This document shows positions 8,997-18,281 of a stretch of DNA of 57,096 nucleotides, in pieces. A program made the translations under genes and the position numbers. The stretch's first letter is position 1, and each line of letters opens with the position of its first letter. The stretch is taken from NCBI GenBank assembly GCA_051881715.1, contig JBJEQK010000010.1:1-57096 (forward strand), in the 5' to 3' direction. The notes under the pieces were generated by a model, which saw only the letters and a program-made list of their open reading frames with translations, had not been told where the DNA came from and searched no databases. The DNA is from Acutalibacteraceae bacterium (GTDB lineage: Bacteria; Bacillota; Clostridia; Oscillospirales; Acutalibacteraceae).

Positions 8997-9012
8997 AAAT
9001 AGGAGGACAAAT

Positions 9013-10758
9013 ATGTCTGTGCTGGAGTACAAGGGAAACAAGTTTTTACTGGACGGCAAAGAATACACCATTCTCTCCGGCGCCATGCACTATTTCCGCA
9101 TTCCCCGTCCCTACTGGCGCGACCGGCTGCAGAAGCTGAGGGAATGCGGCTTCAACACCGTGGAAACCTACACCTGCTGGAACCTGCATGAACCGCAGGA
9201 GGGCGTATTTGACTTTTCCGGGATGCTGGATTTAGAAAGCTATATCGACATTGCCGCAGAGCTGGGACTGAATGTCATTTTGCGCCCCGGCCCCTATATC
9301 TGCGCAGAGTGGGAAATGGGTGGATTGCCGGCATGGCTTTTGCGCTACAAGGACATGGACGTCCGCTGTAACGACGCCGTCTTTCTCTCCAAGGTCGAGC
9401 GCTACTTTAAAGAACTGCTTCGCCGCATCGTGCCCAAGCTTTGTACCCACGGGGGTCCGATCCTCATGATGCAGATCGAGAATGAGTACGGCAGCTACGG
9501 CAACGACCACGAATATATGCAAAAAATCGCAGACATATACATTGAAAACGGTGTGGACTGCCTGCTGTTTACCTCTGACGGCGCCGGGTATTCCATGCTG
9601 TCCGGGGGTACACTGCCCCAATATCCCTGTGTGGCAAACTTCGGCTCCAAGCCGGAACAAAATTTCCGGGTTTTGGAGGACTTCCGCCCGAATCAACCGA
9701 AGATGTGCGGTGAATACTGGTGCGGCTGGTTTGACCACTGGTACGAAAAGCATCACGTTCGCGATGCCAAAGAGCTGGCCGGACTGTTTCGGGACATGAT
9801 CGACGCCGGCGCATCGCTCAATTTTTATATGTTCCACGGCGGCACCAATTTCGGCTTCATGAACGGCGCCAACTACTACGATGCATACGAGCCGACCATC
9901 ACCAGCTACGACTACAATGCCCTGCTTTCCGAGGCCGGCGACCTGACCCCTGCGTACCACGAGGTGCGCAAGATCATCGAGCAATTCTACGGAAAGAAGC
10001 TTCCTGCACTGACAGTCAAAAATACGCCGAAAGCCGCCTACGGTCGTGTAGAGCTGCCGGAGCGCTGTTCTGTTTTCGATGCGCTGAAAGATCCCATACA
10101 CACGGCGGCGCCGAAGTTTATGGAGGATATCGGGCAGTACTACGGCTACACCATGTACTCCACCGTGCTGCACGGTCCCATTGACCGGCAGAAGCTGCAA
10201 TTCGACGCAGTTCATGACAGAGCTATCGTTTATCTGGACGGCAAATATATGGGCTACTTTGAACGCAGCCGCCATGCGGACACCATCGAGATCGGACTAT
10301 CCAAGGGCGAATCCGCACGGCTGGATATTCTGTGCGAAAACATGGGTCGCGTCAACTACGGCACACGGATTTTGGACAGAAAGGGTCTGCGCGGCATCCG
10401 TTTTGGTCTCGCATACCACTTCGGCTGGGATATGTATCCCCTGCCCATGACCGACCTCTCCGCCTTACGCTTTCAAAAAGCAGAGGGCAAAACCAATACC
10501 GCTTCCTTTTTCCGAGGGTATTTGGATATTGACGGTGAACCCGCCGACACATTCATCCGTTTGGACGGATTGCACAAGGGCATTGTCTTTGTAAACGGAT
10601 TCAACCTCGGTCGCTACTACAACGACGCCGGACCGCAAAAGACACTCTACTGCCCAGCGCCCATGCTCAAAAGCGGCAAAAATGAGATCATCGTCTTTGA
10701 GTCGGACGGCATGAAAAAAGCGGTCATTCAATTTACGGACAAGCCCGATTTGGGGTAA
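9013..10758 (+). CDS. GH35 beta-galactosidase
   Basis: GAMHYFRIPRPYWRDRLQKLRECGFNTVETYTCWNLHEP and MMQIENEYGSYG are GH35 hallmarks. Start moved to the ATG at 9013, behind an AGGAGG RBS. Confidence 0.9.
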   Translation: MSVLEYKGNKFLLDGKEYTILSGAMHYFRIPRPYWRDRLQKLRECGFNTVETYTCWNLHEPQEGVFDFSGMLDLESYIDIAAELGLNVILRPGPYICAEWEMGGLPAWLLRYKDMDVRCNDAVFLSKVERYFKELLRRIVPKLCTHGGPILMMQIENEYGSYGNDHEYMQKIADIYIENGVDCLLFTSDGAGYSMLSGGTLPQYPCVANFGSKPEQNFRVLEDFRPNQPKMCGEYWCGWFDHWYEKHHVRDAKELAGLFRDMIDAGASLNFYMFHGGTNFGFMNGANYYDAYEPTITSYDYNALLSEAGDLTPAYHEVRKIIEQFYGKKLPALTVKNTPKAAYGRVELPERCSVFDALKDPIHTAAPKFMEDIGQYYGYTMYSTVLHGPIDRQKLQFDAVHDRAIVYLDGKYMGYFERSRHADTIEIGLSKGESARLDILCENMGRVNYGTRILDRKGLRGIRFGLAYHFGWDMYPLPMTDLSALRFQKAEGKTNTASFFRGYLDIDGEPADTFIRLDGLHKGIVFVNGFNLGRYYNDAGPQKTLYCPAPMLKSGKNEIIVFESDGMKKAVIQFTDKPDLG

Positions 10759-10797
10759 AAAACGCTTCGGTGGAGACGATCCATCGAAGCGCTTTTT
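10757..10797. terminator. bidirectional intrinsic terminator between convergent genes
   Basis: CGCTTCG/CGAAGCG stem (10763-10769/10785-10791), flanked by an A-run upstream and TTTTT downstream. Confidence 0.5.
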
Positions 10798-10822
10798 CTA
10801 TTCGATATGCTTTCCTTTTCCC

Positions 10823-11419
10823 TTATCCGACAAAAATCTGCACCCAGTAAGATCCCTGCACATTGTCCGCACAGCCCACGCCGATTTTTGTATAGGCCGG
10901 GTTCAGAATGTTTTCTCTGTGTCCCTTGGAATTCATCCACGCCTGCACGACTTCTTCTGCCGTGACCTGTCCAAAGGCAATATTTTCCCCGGCGTAGGAA
11001 AAGCGCACCCGGTTTTGCTCCAGCATCTCAAAGGGTGTACCGTAGGTGGGCGACGTATGACTGAAATAGTTGTGCGTGCACATATCGTCCGCCTTTTGTC
11101 TTGCGACACGGCTGATGGATGCCGTGCGGCGTACAGGCGCAAGTCCCCTGCTTTCCCGCTCCTGATTGACCAGCCGCACCACTTCCCTTTCCATCGCCCG
11201 TGCCTGCACTTTGCTGATGGGCACATAGACGAGACTGCCTTCCTGCAATTTGCCTGTCGTGTATGCAGGGTTATATTCCCGCAGTGCGGACAGAGGGACA
11301 CGGTTCTGCAGGGCGATCTTCACCATGCTGTCCCCCTGCCGGGTATAGTAATACTTAGAAGCACCGGCGGGCATCGTCAGCAGAGTGAGCAAAAAGACAA
11401 AGCAGAGAATCTTTTTCAT
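10823..11419 (-). CDS. secreted LysM + CAP/SCP (YkwD-like) domain protein
   Basis: Signal peptide MKKILCFVFLLTLLTMPAGAS, a LysM segment (YTRQGDSMVKIALQNRVPLSALREYNP), and CAP motifs NYFSHTSPTYG, GENIA and GHRENILNP. Confidence 0.85.
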   Translation of the reverse strand: MKKILCFVFLLTLLTMPAGASKYYYTRQGDSMVKIALQNRVPLSALREYNPAYTTGKLQEGSLVYVPISKVQARAMEREVVRLVNQERESRGLAPVRRTASISRVARQKADDMCTHNYFSHTSPTYGTPFEMLEQNRVRFSYAGENIAFGQVTAEEVVQAWMNSKGHRENILNPAYTKIGVGCADNVQGSYWVQIFVG

Positions 11420-11433
11420 ACTTTCCTCCCGAA

Positions 11434-12798
11434 TCATTCATTGCGCATGGCTTCCAACGCAGAGATTTTTACCGCTTTATTCGCCGGATAGAATCCTGCC
11501 GCCAATCCGATAAACACGGAGAACCCCAAGCCGAACAGAAACAGCCATACGGGAATGACCGATATGCGCTGCGGGGATGTGAACAGCATTTGAAAAACCG
11601 TCATCGTCTCTCCCGACTCCATAGACAGATGCTGTCCGGCGATCAGATTGATGATACAGGATATAATAAAGCTGGCCACAGACCCGATCAAACCGCCGAG
11701 AAAGCCGATAGACGCCGCCTCCAGCAGGAACAGCTTGCGAATATCCCGCACATAGCAGCCCACTGCCTTCATGATGCCGATCTCCTTCGTGCGTTCGGAA
11801 ACGGACATGATCATGGTATTGATGATGCCGATGGCCGCCACAAGCAGACTCACCGCACCGATACCGCCGAGCACCAGCTCGATCGTCGCCATTTCCTTCT
11901 GCGTGCTCTCACGCATACTCTCCATACTGCTGGTGGAGTAGCCGAGATTGCGGATCTCCTCCTCCAGCGCAGAAACATTGCGGATGTCGTCCGCCATGAC
12001 GGAAATGGATGTGATATAGGTGTTTTTCGGCTTTTGTCCCAGCGCTTTGCAGGCATCTTTTATAATGCGCCGCAGATCCTCCGCGCGCAGGATCAGCCCT
12101 TCGCAGGATTCATAGCCCACAGCGTAATCCTCCTTGACCTGTCCGCAGATGCGCAGTTCCGTGGAATACGCGATGTTTTCATTTTCGTCCAAAATCTCCA
12201 GCGTCACCGTATCGTTCATCATTTTTTGGTACGGATCCGGCAGTTCGCCTGCGTCCGAACTGTAAACGTACTCATAGTAGGAGATCTGGTTGCGCCCCTC
12301 GGGACGGCGGGAATCCATGAGCGTATATTCAAAATACTGTCCCATGGCGACCGTATCGCTCTTTTCGGGCAGTGTGCCGTCCAGCAGCTTGTACCCCACC
12401 CTGTCCATCACGTCCGTTTCATAGGCGGCGATCTCTGCATAAGGGACGGTATAGCGGCGGTTATTGCCGCAGGATAGGCGGAATGTCAGATCCGACATCC
12501 CGTATCTCGGCAGAACCGCATCCACGTGCTCCAGCGCACGAATGCTGCGTACCGTGTCCTCGTTGAGGGATGTCTCTTCCGTCCCCGTGGCGTCATAGTT
12601 GGTATACACGTCGATCTTGGTCAGATCGCCCATGCTTTTGAGCATTTCCTCGTTGGATGCATTCAGCCCCACGGCAATGGACAGCATCAGCAAAATGGAA
12701 CAGCAGCCGATCACCACGCCCAAAACCGAAAGAAACGTTCTGGCTTTTCGCCGGAAAAGATTTTCCCGGCACATACGCAAAAGATCAGCGGTTTTCAT
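11434..12798 (-). CDS. ABC transporter permease, FtsX/MacB family
   Basis: N-terminal TM helix, a large extracytoplasmic domain, and a C-terminal FtsX-type 3-TM bundle (ERTKEIGIMKAVGC...). Overlaps the upstream gene by 14 nt. Confidence 0.85.
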   Translation of the reverse strand: MKTADLLRMCRENLFRRKARTFLSVLGVVIGCCSILLMLSIAVGLNASNEEMLKSMGDLTKIDVYTNYDATGTEETSLNEDTVRSIRALEHVDAVLPRYGMSDLTFRLSCGNNRRYTVPYAEIAAYETDVMDRVGYKLLDGTLPEKSDTVAMGQYFEYTLMDSRRPEGRNQISYYEYVYSSDAGELPDPYQKMMNDTVTLEILDENENIAYSTELRICGQVKEDYAVGYESCEGLILRAEDLRRIIKDACKALGQKPKNTYITSISVMADDIRNVSALEEEIRNLGYSTSSMESMRESTQKEMATIELVLGGIGAVSLLVAAIGIINTMIMSVSERTKEIGIMKAVGCYVRDIRKLFLLEAASIGFLGGLIGSVASFIISCIINLIAGQHLSMESGETMTVFQMLFTSPQRISVIPVWLFLFGLGFSVFIGLAAGFYPANKAVKISALEAMRNE

Positions 12799-14293
12799 CG
12801 GACTTCACCTGCGGGTCACTTTCCGGAACACTCCAATCAAACTGCGGCAGTTCCTGCGCCGCTTTCTTTCTTTTCTTTTTGACTGCAACGATCACCACGG
12901 CGATCAGCACGATGGCTCCAACGGCCGCGATGATCCAGACCGCTCCCGATCTGCCGGACTCCTGCGGTTCTTCTGCAAAGGGTTCCTCCATCTCCATGGG
13001 CTCCTCCATCGCCGGATCCACGGAATACGGCACATCGATCTCCACGGTCTTTTCCTCGACCAATTCATTTTCATACGTCACCTGCACCTTGACGGATGCA
13101 CTGCCGCTCTCCATGGGAACAAAAAAGAAATCTATGGTACCGTTCTTGCCGGGTTCAATGTTGCCGAGGAGAGCTCGGGGCTGTTCGCAGTACAGCAGGG
13201 TCTCGTCATAGATCAACTGTGCCTGCACATTGCTCACGGTACTCTTGCTCTTGTTGATATAGGGCAAAGAGATCGTCATTTCCTGATTCTGTACACCGAT
13301 GGAATCCATCTCCGGCGCCGTCACCGTGAAGCGATCCGGGACATAGATCGGCACGGACAGCTTCTCGGAGGCAGACGCTTCCCCTCTCTCCCCGTTGTCC
13401 ACGTACTCGTAGCGGAAAGCGATGTCGATTCGCGTCCCTTCGGGACCGGCATTGGCAGAAACACGCATGGGAATGCGCTGGGATTGGGTCTTTCCGGCGG
13501 CAAGATTTTGAAAATAATATGTATTGGACGCCGAAGTGATGGACAGTCCGTCCCCTGTCTCCACGCTCATCACGATATTTTCCACTGCCGTCTTTTGGCT
13601 GGTGTTGCGAAACTGAAGATCGAGCGTAAATGCATCCCCGGCAGCAATAGTTCCGCCGTAGCTGTATTTGCTGACAATGATATTCGGCGTGGCATTTTTG
13701 GAGGCGGACGATGCTGCCGCAGAAGCCTGTACGGGCACGATCAGCTTCTCTGTAGCCTGCGCCGATTTCAGCCCCTCAGGGGTGCGGTAATTGTAGGAAT
13801 AGGTCACCGCCACAGACTGTGTGCCGGCGGCGGTATTTTTCGCGACGCGGAAATGGACAGGCACACTGCGCACGCTCCCCATGCCCAAAACGGACACGAC
13901 CTTGGACGAGGATTTCTCCTCGAGCACAAGACCCTCACTCGGCTCAAAGGACACCGAGCCATCTATCAAAGACACCTGATTGCTGTAATTGTGCAGAACG
14001 ATCGTGAGCACAAACGCTTCTCCCGCTTTCGGATCACGGGAAAAGCTTTCCCGGGTGATTTGCACGAAGGGCGGATCGATCTCCCGCGCCGTCGTCTCCC
14101 GCGTTGTTGCCGCAGAAGTCTCCGGGGTGAGCGTGCCCTTGGGCGTCGTTGTTTCCACCGCAGTCATCGTCGGAATCGGTTCCGTTTCCGGCTCTGTCTC
14201 CTGCTCGAAATCCTCTGCCATGGCAAGGGTGCAAAACTGCAGTGCCATGATACAGGCACAAAGCCACGCAAAAAACTTTTTAGAAACTTTCAT
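12785..14293 (-). CDS. surface protein with three Ig-like (CARDB/COG1361-like) repeats and a C-terminal TM anchor
   Basis: Signal peptide present. Three ~110-aa modules each carry a G(E/D)AF.L...N.S-type strand (AGEAFVLTIVLHNYSNQ, AGDAFTLDLQFRNTSQK, QEMTISLPYINKSKS). C-terminal TM helix plus KKKRKK. Translationally coupled (ATGA) to the ABC ATPase. Confidence 0.7.
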   Translation of the reverse strand: MKVSKKFFAWLCACIMALQFCTLAMAEDFEQETEPETEPIPTMTAVETTTPKGTLTPETSAATTRETTAREIDPPFVQITRESFSRDPKAGEAFVLTIVLHNYSNQVSLIDGSVSFEPSEGLVLEEKSSSKVVSVLGMGSVRSVPVHFRVAKNTAAGTQSVAVTYSYNYRTPEGLKSAQATEKLIVPVQASAAASSASKNATPNIIVSKYSYGGTIAAGDAFTLDLQFRNTSQKTAVENIVMSVETGDGLSITSASNTYYFQNLAAGKTQSQRIPMRVSANAGPEGTRIDIAFRYEYVDNGERGEASASEKLSVPIYVPDRFTVTAPEMDSIGVQNQEMTISLPYINKSKSTVSNVQAQLIYDETLLYCEQPRALLGNIEPGKNGTIDFFFVPMESGSASVKVQVTYENELVEEKTVEIDVPYSVDPAMEEPMEMEEPFAEEPQESGRSGAVWIIAAVGAIVLIAVVIVAVKKKRKKAAQELPQFDWSVPESDPQVKSDENR

Positions 14294-15024
14294 GGATGTA
14301 TGTTCTCCTTTTCGGTATATTCATCTTTCACGATACTGCCGTCACGCATGGTGATGATTCGGTCGGCATAGGACGCCAGCTCCGGGTTGTGCGTGACCAT
14401 GACCATCGTCTCCCGGTAGGTGCGCAAGAAACGCACCATCATCTCCATGATCTCCGTCGTCGTTCTGGAGTCGAGGTTGCCCGTCGGCTCGTCCGCAAAC
14501 ACGATACGCGGCTTCGCCACAAATGCCCGCGCAATGCCGGTCCGCTGCTGCTGACCGCCGGACATCTGGGTCGGGTAATGCTGTGTACGGTCTCCCAGTC
14601 CGACTTCCCGCAAAACTGCCCGCGCCGCCCGCAAGCGCGTTTTGCGCTCTACACCGCTGAAAGCAAGCGGAAGAGCCACATTTTCCTCCGCCGTCAGCGC
14701 CGGGAGCAGGTTATAGCTTTGGAACACGAAACCCATGTTCCTTTGCCGGAACGCCGCCATCTGGTTTTCATCCAGCTTCGTAATGGGCACACCGTCGATA
14801 AAAATCTCGCCGCAGTTGGGCTTTTCCATGCCTGCAAGCTGATTGAGCAGCGTACTTTTCCCCGAGCCGGACGCACCGAAGATACAGCATATTTCACCCT
14901 CGTAAATCGTCAGGTTTACATTGCGCAGCGCGATGACCTGCTCGGTGCCCATGCGATAGCCGCGGCAAAGATTCCGCACGACGATCAGCGGTTTCTTGGG
15001 TTGTGCCTCCACGTTTCCATTCAC
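14290..15024 (-). CDS. ABC transporter ATP-binding protein (MacB/LolD-type)
   Basis: Walker A GASGSGKST, Q-loop, signature MSGGQQQR, and Walker B IVFADEPTGNLD. Confidence 0.9.
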   Translation of the reverse strand: MNGNVEAQPKKPLIVVRNLCRGYRMGTEQVIALRNVNLTIYEGEICCIFGASGSGKSTLLNQLAGMEKPNCGEIFIDGVPITKLDENQMAAFRQRNMGFVFQSYNLLPALTAEENVALPLAFSGVERKTRLRAARAVLREVGLGDRTQHYPTQMSGGQQQRTGIARAFVAKPRIVFADEPTGNLDSRTTTEIMEMMVRFLRTYRETMVMVTHNPELASYADRIITMRDGSIVKDEYTEKENIHP

Positions 15025-15138
15025 CTCGCAACAGTAAAAATATTCGCAAAAACGTTCGATTATATTTAACCATACTCCACCTGATTAATCAATATGATGC
15101 CCTAAAAATTTGATAATTTTTTAGAATTATGCAGGACA

Positions 15139-15172
15139 CAAAAAGGACAGCAGCGCCATTGCCGCCACTGTC
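15139..15172 (-). terminator. putative intrinsic terminator after the DUF134 gene
   Basis: Minus strand reads GACAGUGGCG-GCAAUGG-CGCUGCUGUC (10 bp including 2 G-U pairs), followed by CUUUUUGUGU. Confidence 0.4.
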
Positions 15173-15214
15173 AAAAATATATGTATACAGCCGATCATTC
15201 CGCTTCGCAAACGG

Positions 15215-15571
15215 CTACACATCTGCGCCTGTACGCACCCTTCCGTGTTTACTGCATCCTCCGCATCCGCAGACTGTCTCCTCGCCGCTGCAGAGCGTAT
15301 AGTCGCCGCCCTCGATGCGTATGCCGATTCCGCTCACCAGCGCATCGGCAATCTTGCCTCGGGCATCGTTATAAATGGACTGCACCGTAGTGCGGGCAAC
15401 CTGCATATATTGCGCACATTCCTGCTGGGAAAAGCCTTCTTTGTCGATCAGGCGTATCGTTTCGTACTCATCGACGGTGAGGATGATCCGACGGTCGCAT
15501 CCGCCCTTGGGGCAAAAGTCTCTGACCGCCGGCAAACGGCAGACTTTCCTGCATTTTTTCGGTCTGGGCAT
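15215..15571 (-). CDS. DUF134/UPF0251 family predicted DNA-binding protein with Cys-rich tail
   Basis: [14 protein letters not shown]...F.P.G is the signature DUF134 N-terminus, followed by an HTH-like segment ([21 protein letters not shown]). The C-terminal tail is [14 protein letters not shown]. Confidence 0.8.
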   Translation of the reverse strand: MPRPKKCRKVCRLPAVRDFCPKGGCDRRIILTVDEYETIRLIDKEGFSQQECAQYMQVARTTVQSIYNDARGKIADALVSGIGIRIEGGDYTLCSGEETVCGCGGCSKHGRVRTGADV

Positions 15572-15592
15572 AGACTCTTCCTTTCAAAATGA

Positions 15593-15621
15593 TTGACACA
15601 TACCCGGAAATATGATATGAT
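15593..15621 (+). promoter_or_regulatory. sigma-A type promoter for the 855-aa oxidoreductase operon
   Basis: TTGACA (15593-15598) - 17 nt - TATGAT (15616-15621). A ~90-nt leader contains the 10-bp palindrome GGCATATGCC. Confidence 0.5.
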
Positions 15622-15713
15622 ACATTTGATTTTCGGCATATGCCATTTATAGGCATTGTAGCACCTTTTAGGACATATGTCAACAACACAAAAAATAAGC
15701 GAGGTAGACCTTT

Positions 15714-18281
15714 ATGAAAGTCATTATCATCGGCGGTGTTGCCGCCGGCACGAAAGCTGCCGCCAAAATCAAGCGCGAGGATCGCGCCGCCCAGGTCGAG
15801 ATCTTCACCAAAAGCAGCGATATCTCCTATGCCGGGTGCGCTTTGCCGTACTATGTCGGCGGCGAGATCGAGACGCGGGACGAGCTGATCGTCAACTCCC
15901 CCAAAAAGTTTACCGCACTGACCGGCGCTGTCGTACACACCGGCAAGGAAGCTGTCCGTGTGGATCCGGCAAACAAAGCCGTCGTTTTCCGCAGTACAGT
16001 TGCCGGCGAAGAGGAAACGGTTACCTATGACAAGCTTATCCTTGCCTGCGGCGCCTCCCCGATCATCCCGGAAATAGACGGCGTGGAGCTGGACGGTGTG
16101 TTTACGGTACGCACCCCGGACGATGCCACCGCTATTCGCAGCTATATCGAAAGAAACAACTGCAAAAACGCAGTAGTTGTCGGTGCGGGCTTCATCGGCA
16201 TGGAGATGGCAGAGAATCTGGCGGCACAGAAGCTTTCCGTCTCCGTCGTGGATATGACCAGCCAGATCCTGCCGAATATTCTTGACCCGGAAATGGCAGG
16301 CTACGCCGCAAGAGAACTGCGTAAAAACGGACTGCGTATTCTGACCGGCACAGCGGTTTCCGCTCTTATGGGGGATGGTGCTGTGCGCTCTGTCGCCACC
16401 TCCGCAGGGGAGCTTGCGGCAGATGTGGTGATCTTGAGCATCGGCATCCGCCCCGCCACCGCATTCCTGAACGGTTCCGGCGTGGAACTGCTGCGTGGCG
16501 CCGTGGTCGTGGACGCCTGTCAGAAAACCAATCTGGACGATGTTTATGCGGTCGGCGACTGTGCCGTGGTGAAAAACCGCATCACGGGAGAGGCACAGTG
16601 GTCCGCCATGGGCTCCACCGCAAATATTACCGCAAGATGTCTCGCCAAAACCCTCACCGGCACCGAGAGCGCCTATGACGGCTGTCTTGGAACAGGTGTG
16701 GTCAAGCTCTCCGAAACGCTGAATGCCGGCAGAACAGGTCTCTCCGAACAACAGGCTTTGCAAGCGGGCTTCGATGTGCAGACGGTGGTCTGCGTCAGCG
16801 ATGACAAGGCGCACTATTATCCCGACGCTTCGACCTTTGTCACCAAGCTGATCGCCGATAAATCCACCAAAAAACTTCTCGGTATGCAGGTACTCGGCGG
16901 CGCCGTGGACAAAATGACGGACATTGCGGTGGTTGCCATTTCCGCCGGGTTAAAAGTGAGCGATCTGGACACCATGGACATGGCCTATGCCCCGCCCTTC
17001 TCCACGGCGATCCATCCCTTTGTGCAGGCGTGCTATGTACTGCAAAATAAAATGTGCGGCGCTTTGGAGACGATCTCCCCTGCGGAGTATCTTGCCGGCA
17101 AGGCCAAGGGCTATCGCGTCCTGGACGTACAGCCCGAAGCGAAAATCTTCGGTGCCACATGGGTCGATCTCGGCAAAGTCAACGGCGAGCTGGAGGGCAT
17201 CGGAAAGGACGAAAAGTTGCTGCTGGTTTGCACAAGGGGCAAACGCGGCTACCTGCTGCAAAACCGGCTGAAATATTACGGTTACACCCACACGAAGGTA
17301 TTGGAGGGCGGTGCATTCTTCAACACCGTCAAGGTGGATAATCCCACGGGAACGCTGTCCCCCACAGAGATCAAGCGGGTCAAGGGTCTCGGCTGTTTGC
17401 AGGACAAGCGCTTTGCCGATGTGTTCAATGTGCGCGTCATCACCAAAAACGGTAAGATCTCGGCATCGCAGCAGCGCACCATCGCAGAAGCGGCAGAGAA
17501 ATTCGGCAGCGGCGAAGTCACCATGACCTCCCGTCTGACGCTGGAGATTCAGGGCGTACACTACGCCGACATCCCCGATCTGCTGGCGTTTTTGCAAGCA
17601 AACGGTCTGCTCACCGGCGGCACAGGCTCTCTGGTGCGCCCGGTCGTCTCCTGCAAGGGTACGACCTGCCAGTACGGACTGATTGACACCTTCGGCTTGA
17701 GCGAAAAGATTCACGAACGGTTCTATATTGGCTATCACGACGTCACACTGCCCCATAAATTTAAAATTGCCGTCGGCGGCTGTCCGAACAACTGCGTAAA
17801 GCCCGATCTGAACGATCTCGGCGTTATAGGTCAGCGTGTCCCCGTACTGAATACACAGCTGTGCCGCGGATGCAAAAAGTGTCAGGTGGAAATGGCCTGT
17901 CCCATCCACGCCGCAAAATTGGAGGACGGCAAGCTGGTCATCGGCACGGACTGCAACAACTGCGGACGCTGCAGAAGCAAGTGCCCCTTCGGCGCGATCA
18001 CCGAATATACGGACGGCTACAAAGTATACATCGGCGGCAGATGGGGCAAGAAGTTTGCCAACGGCAGACCGCTCGACAAGATCTTCACCTCCGAAGAGGA
18101 AGTCATGGATGTGATCGAGCGCGCCATCCTCTTCTTCCGTGACGAGGGTATCTCCGGCGAACGCTTTGCTGACACCATCCAGCGTCTCGGCTTTGACTAT
18201 GTGCAGGACAAGCTCTTATACACTGCGATCGACAAGGAGTCCATTTTGCATAAAACGGTCAAGGGCGGTGCAAGTTGCTGA
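15714..18281 (+). CDS. three-module fusion: CoA-disulfide reductase/NADH-oxidase-like flavoprotein + rhodanese + AsrC/Dsr-like siroheme-[4Fe-4S] reductase domain with ferredoxin insert
   Basis: aa 1-445: GGVAAGTKAA FAD motif, redox Cys in SYAGC42ALPYY, VVGAGFIGMEMAE NAD motif, and YAVGDC. aa ~455-540: rhodanese loop LLLVC506TRGKRG. aa ~560-855: NIR/SIR-like region with C647-x4-C652 and C690-x3-C694, plus two ferredoxin motifs CRGCKKCQVEMACP and CNNCGRCRSKCP. Confidence 0.85.
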   Translation: MKVIIIGGVAAGTKAAAKIKREDRAAQVEIFTKSSDISYAGCALPYYVGGEIETRDELIVNSPKKFTALTGAVVHTGKEAVRVDPANKAVVFRSTVAGEEETVTYDKLILACGASPIIPEIDGVELDGVFTVRTPDDATAIRSYIERNNCKNAVVVGAGFIGMEMAENLAAQKLSVSVVDMTSQILPNILDPEMAGYAARELRKNGLRILTGTAVSALMGDGAVRSVATSAGELAADVVILSIGIRPATAFLNGSGVELLRGAVVVDACQKTNLDDVYAVGDCAVVKNRITGEAQWSAMGSTANITARCLAKTLTGTESAYDGCLGTGVVKLSETLNAGRTGLSEQQALQAGFDVQTVVCVSDDKAHYYPDASTFVTKLIADKSTKKLLGMQVLGGAVDKMTDIAVVAISAGLKVSDLDTMDMAYAPPFSTAIHPFVQACYVLQNKMCGALETISPAEYLAGKAKGYRVLDVQPEAKIFGATWVDLGKVNGELEGIGKDEKLLLVCTRGKRGYLLQNRLKYYGYTHTKVLEGGAFFNTVKVDNPTGTLSPTEIKRVKGLGCLQDKRFADVFNVRVITKNGKISASQQRTIAEAAEKFGSGEVTMTSRLTLEIQGVHYADIPDLLAFLQANGLLTGGTGSLVRPVVSCKGTTCQYGLIDTFGLSEKIHERFYIGYHDVTLPHKFKIAVGGCPNNCVKPDLNDLGVIGQRVPVLNTQLCRGCKKCQVEMACPIHAAKLEDGKLVIGTDCNNCGRCRSKCPFGAITEYTDGYKVYIGGRWGKKFANGRPLDKIFTSEEEVMDVIERAILFFRDEGISGERFADTIQRLGFDYVQDKLLYTAIDKESILHKTVKGGASC

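Noticed and set aside
12599-14371. A 590-aa plus-strand ORF. Similar long antisense ORFs occur at 8019-9086, 9232-10275, 15468-16814, 16950-17909, 18197-19375, 19161-20237, 29150-30535, 31226-32611, 32380-33483, 40398-41504, 52636-53823 and 55426-56379.
   Set aside because: Each lies opposite a confidently identified gene, lacks motifs and an RBS, and has the Arg/His/Gly/Leu-rich composition typical of antisense frames in GC-rich coding DNA.
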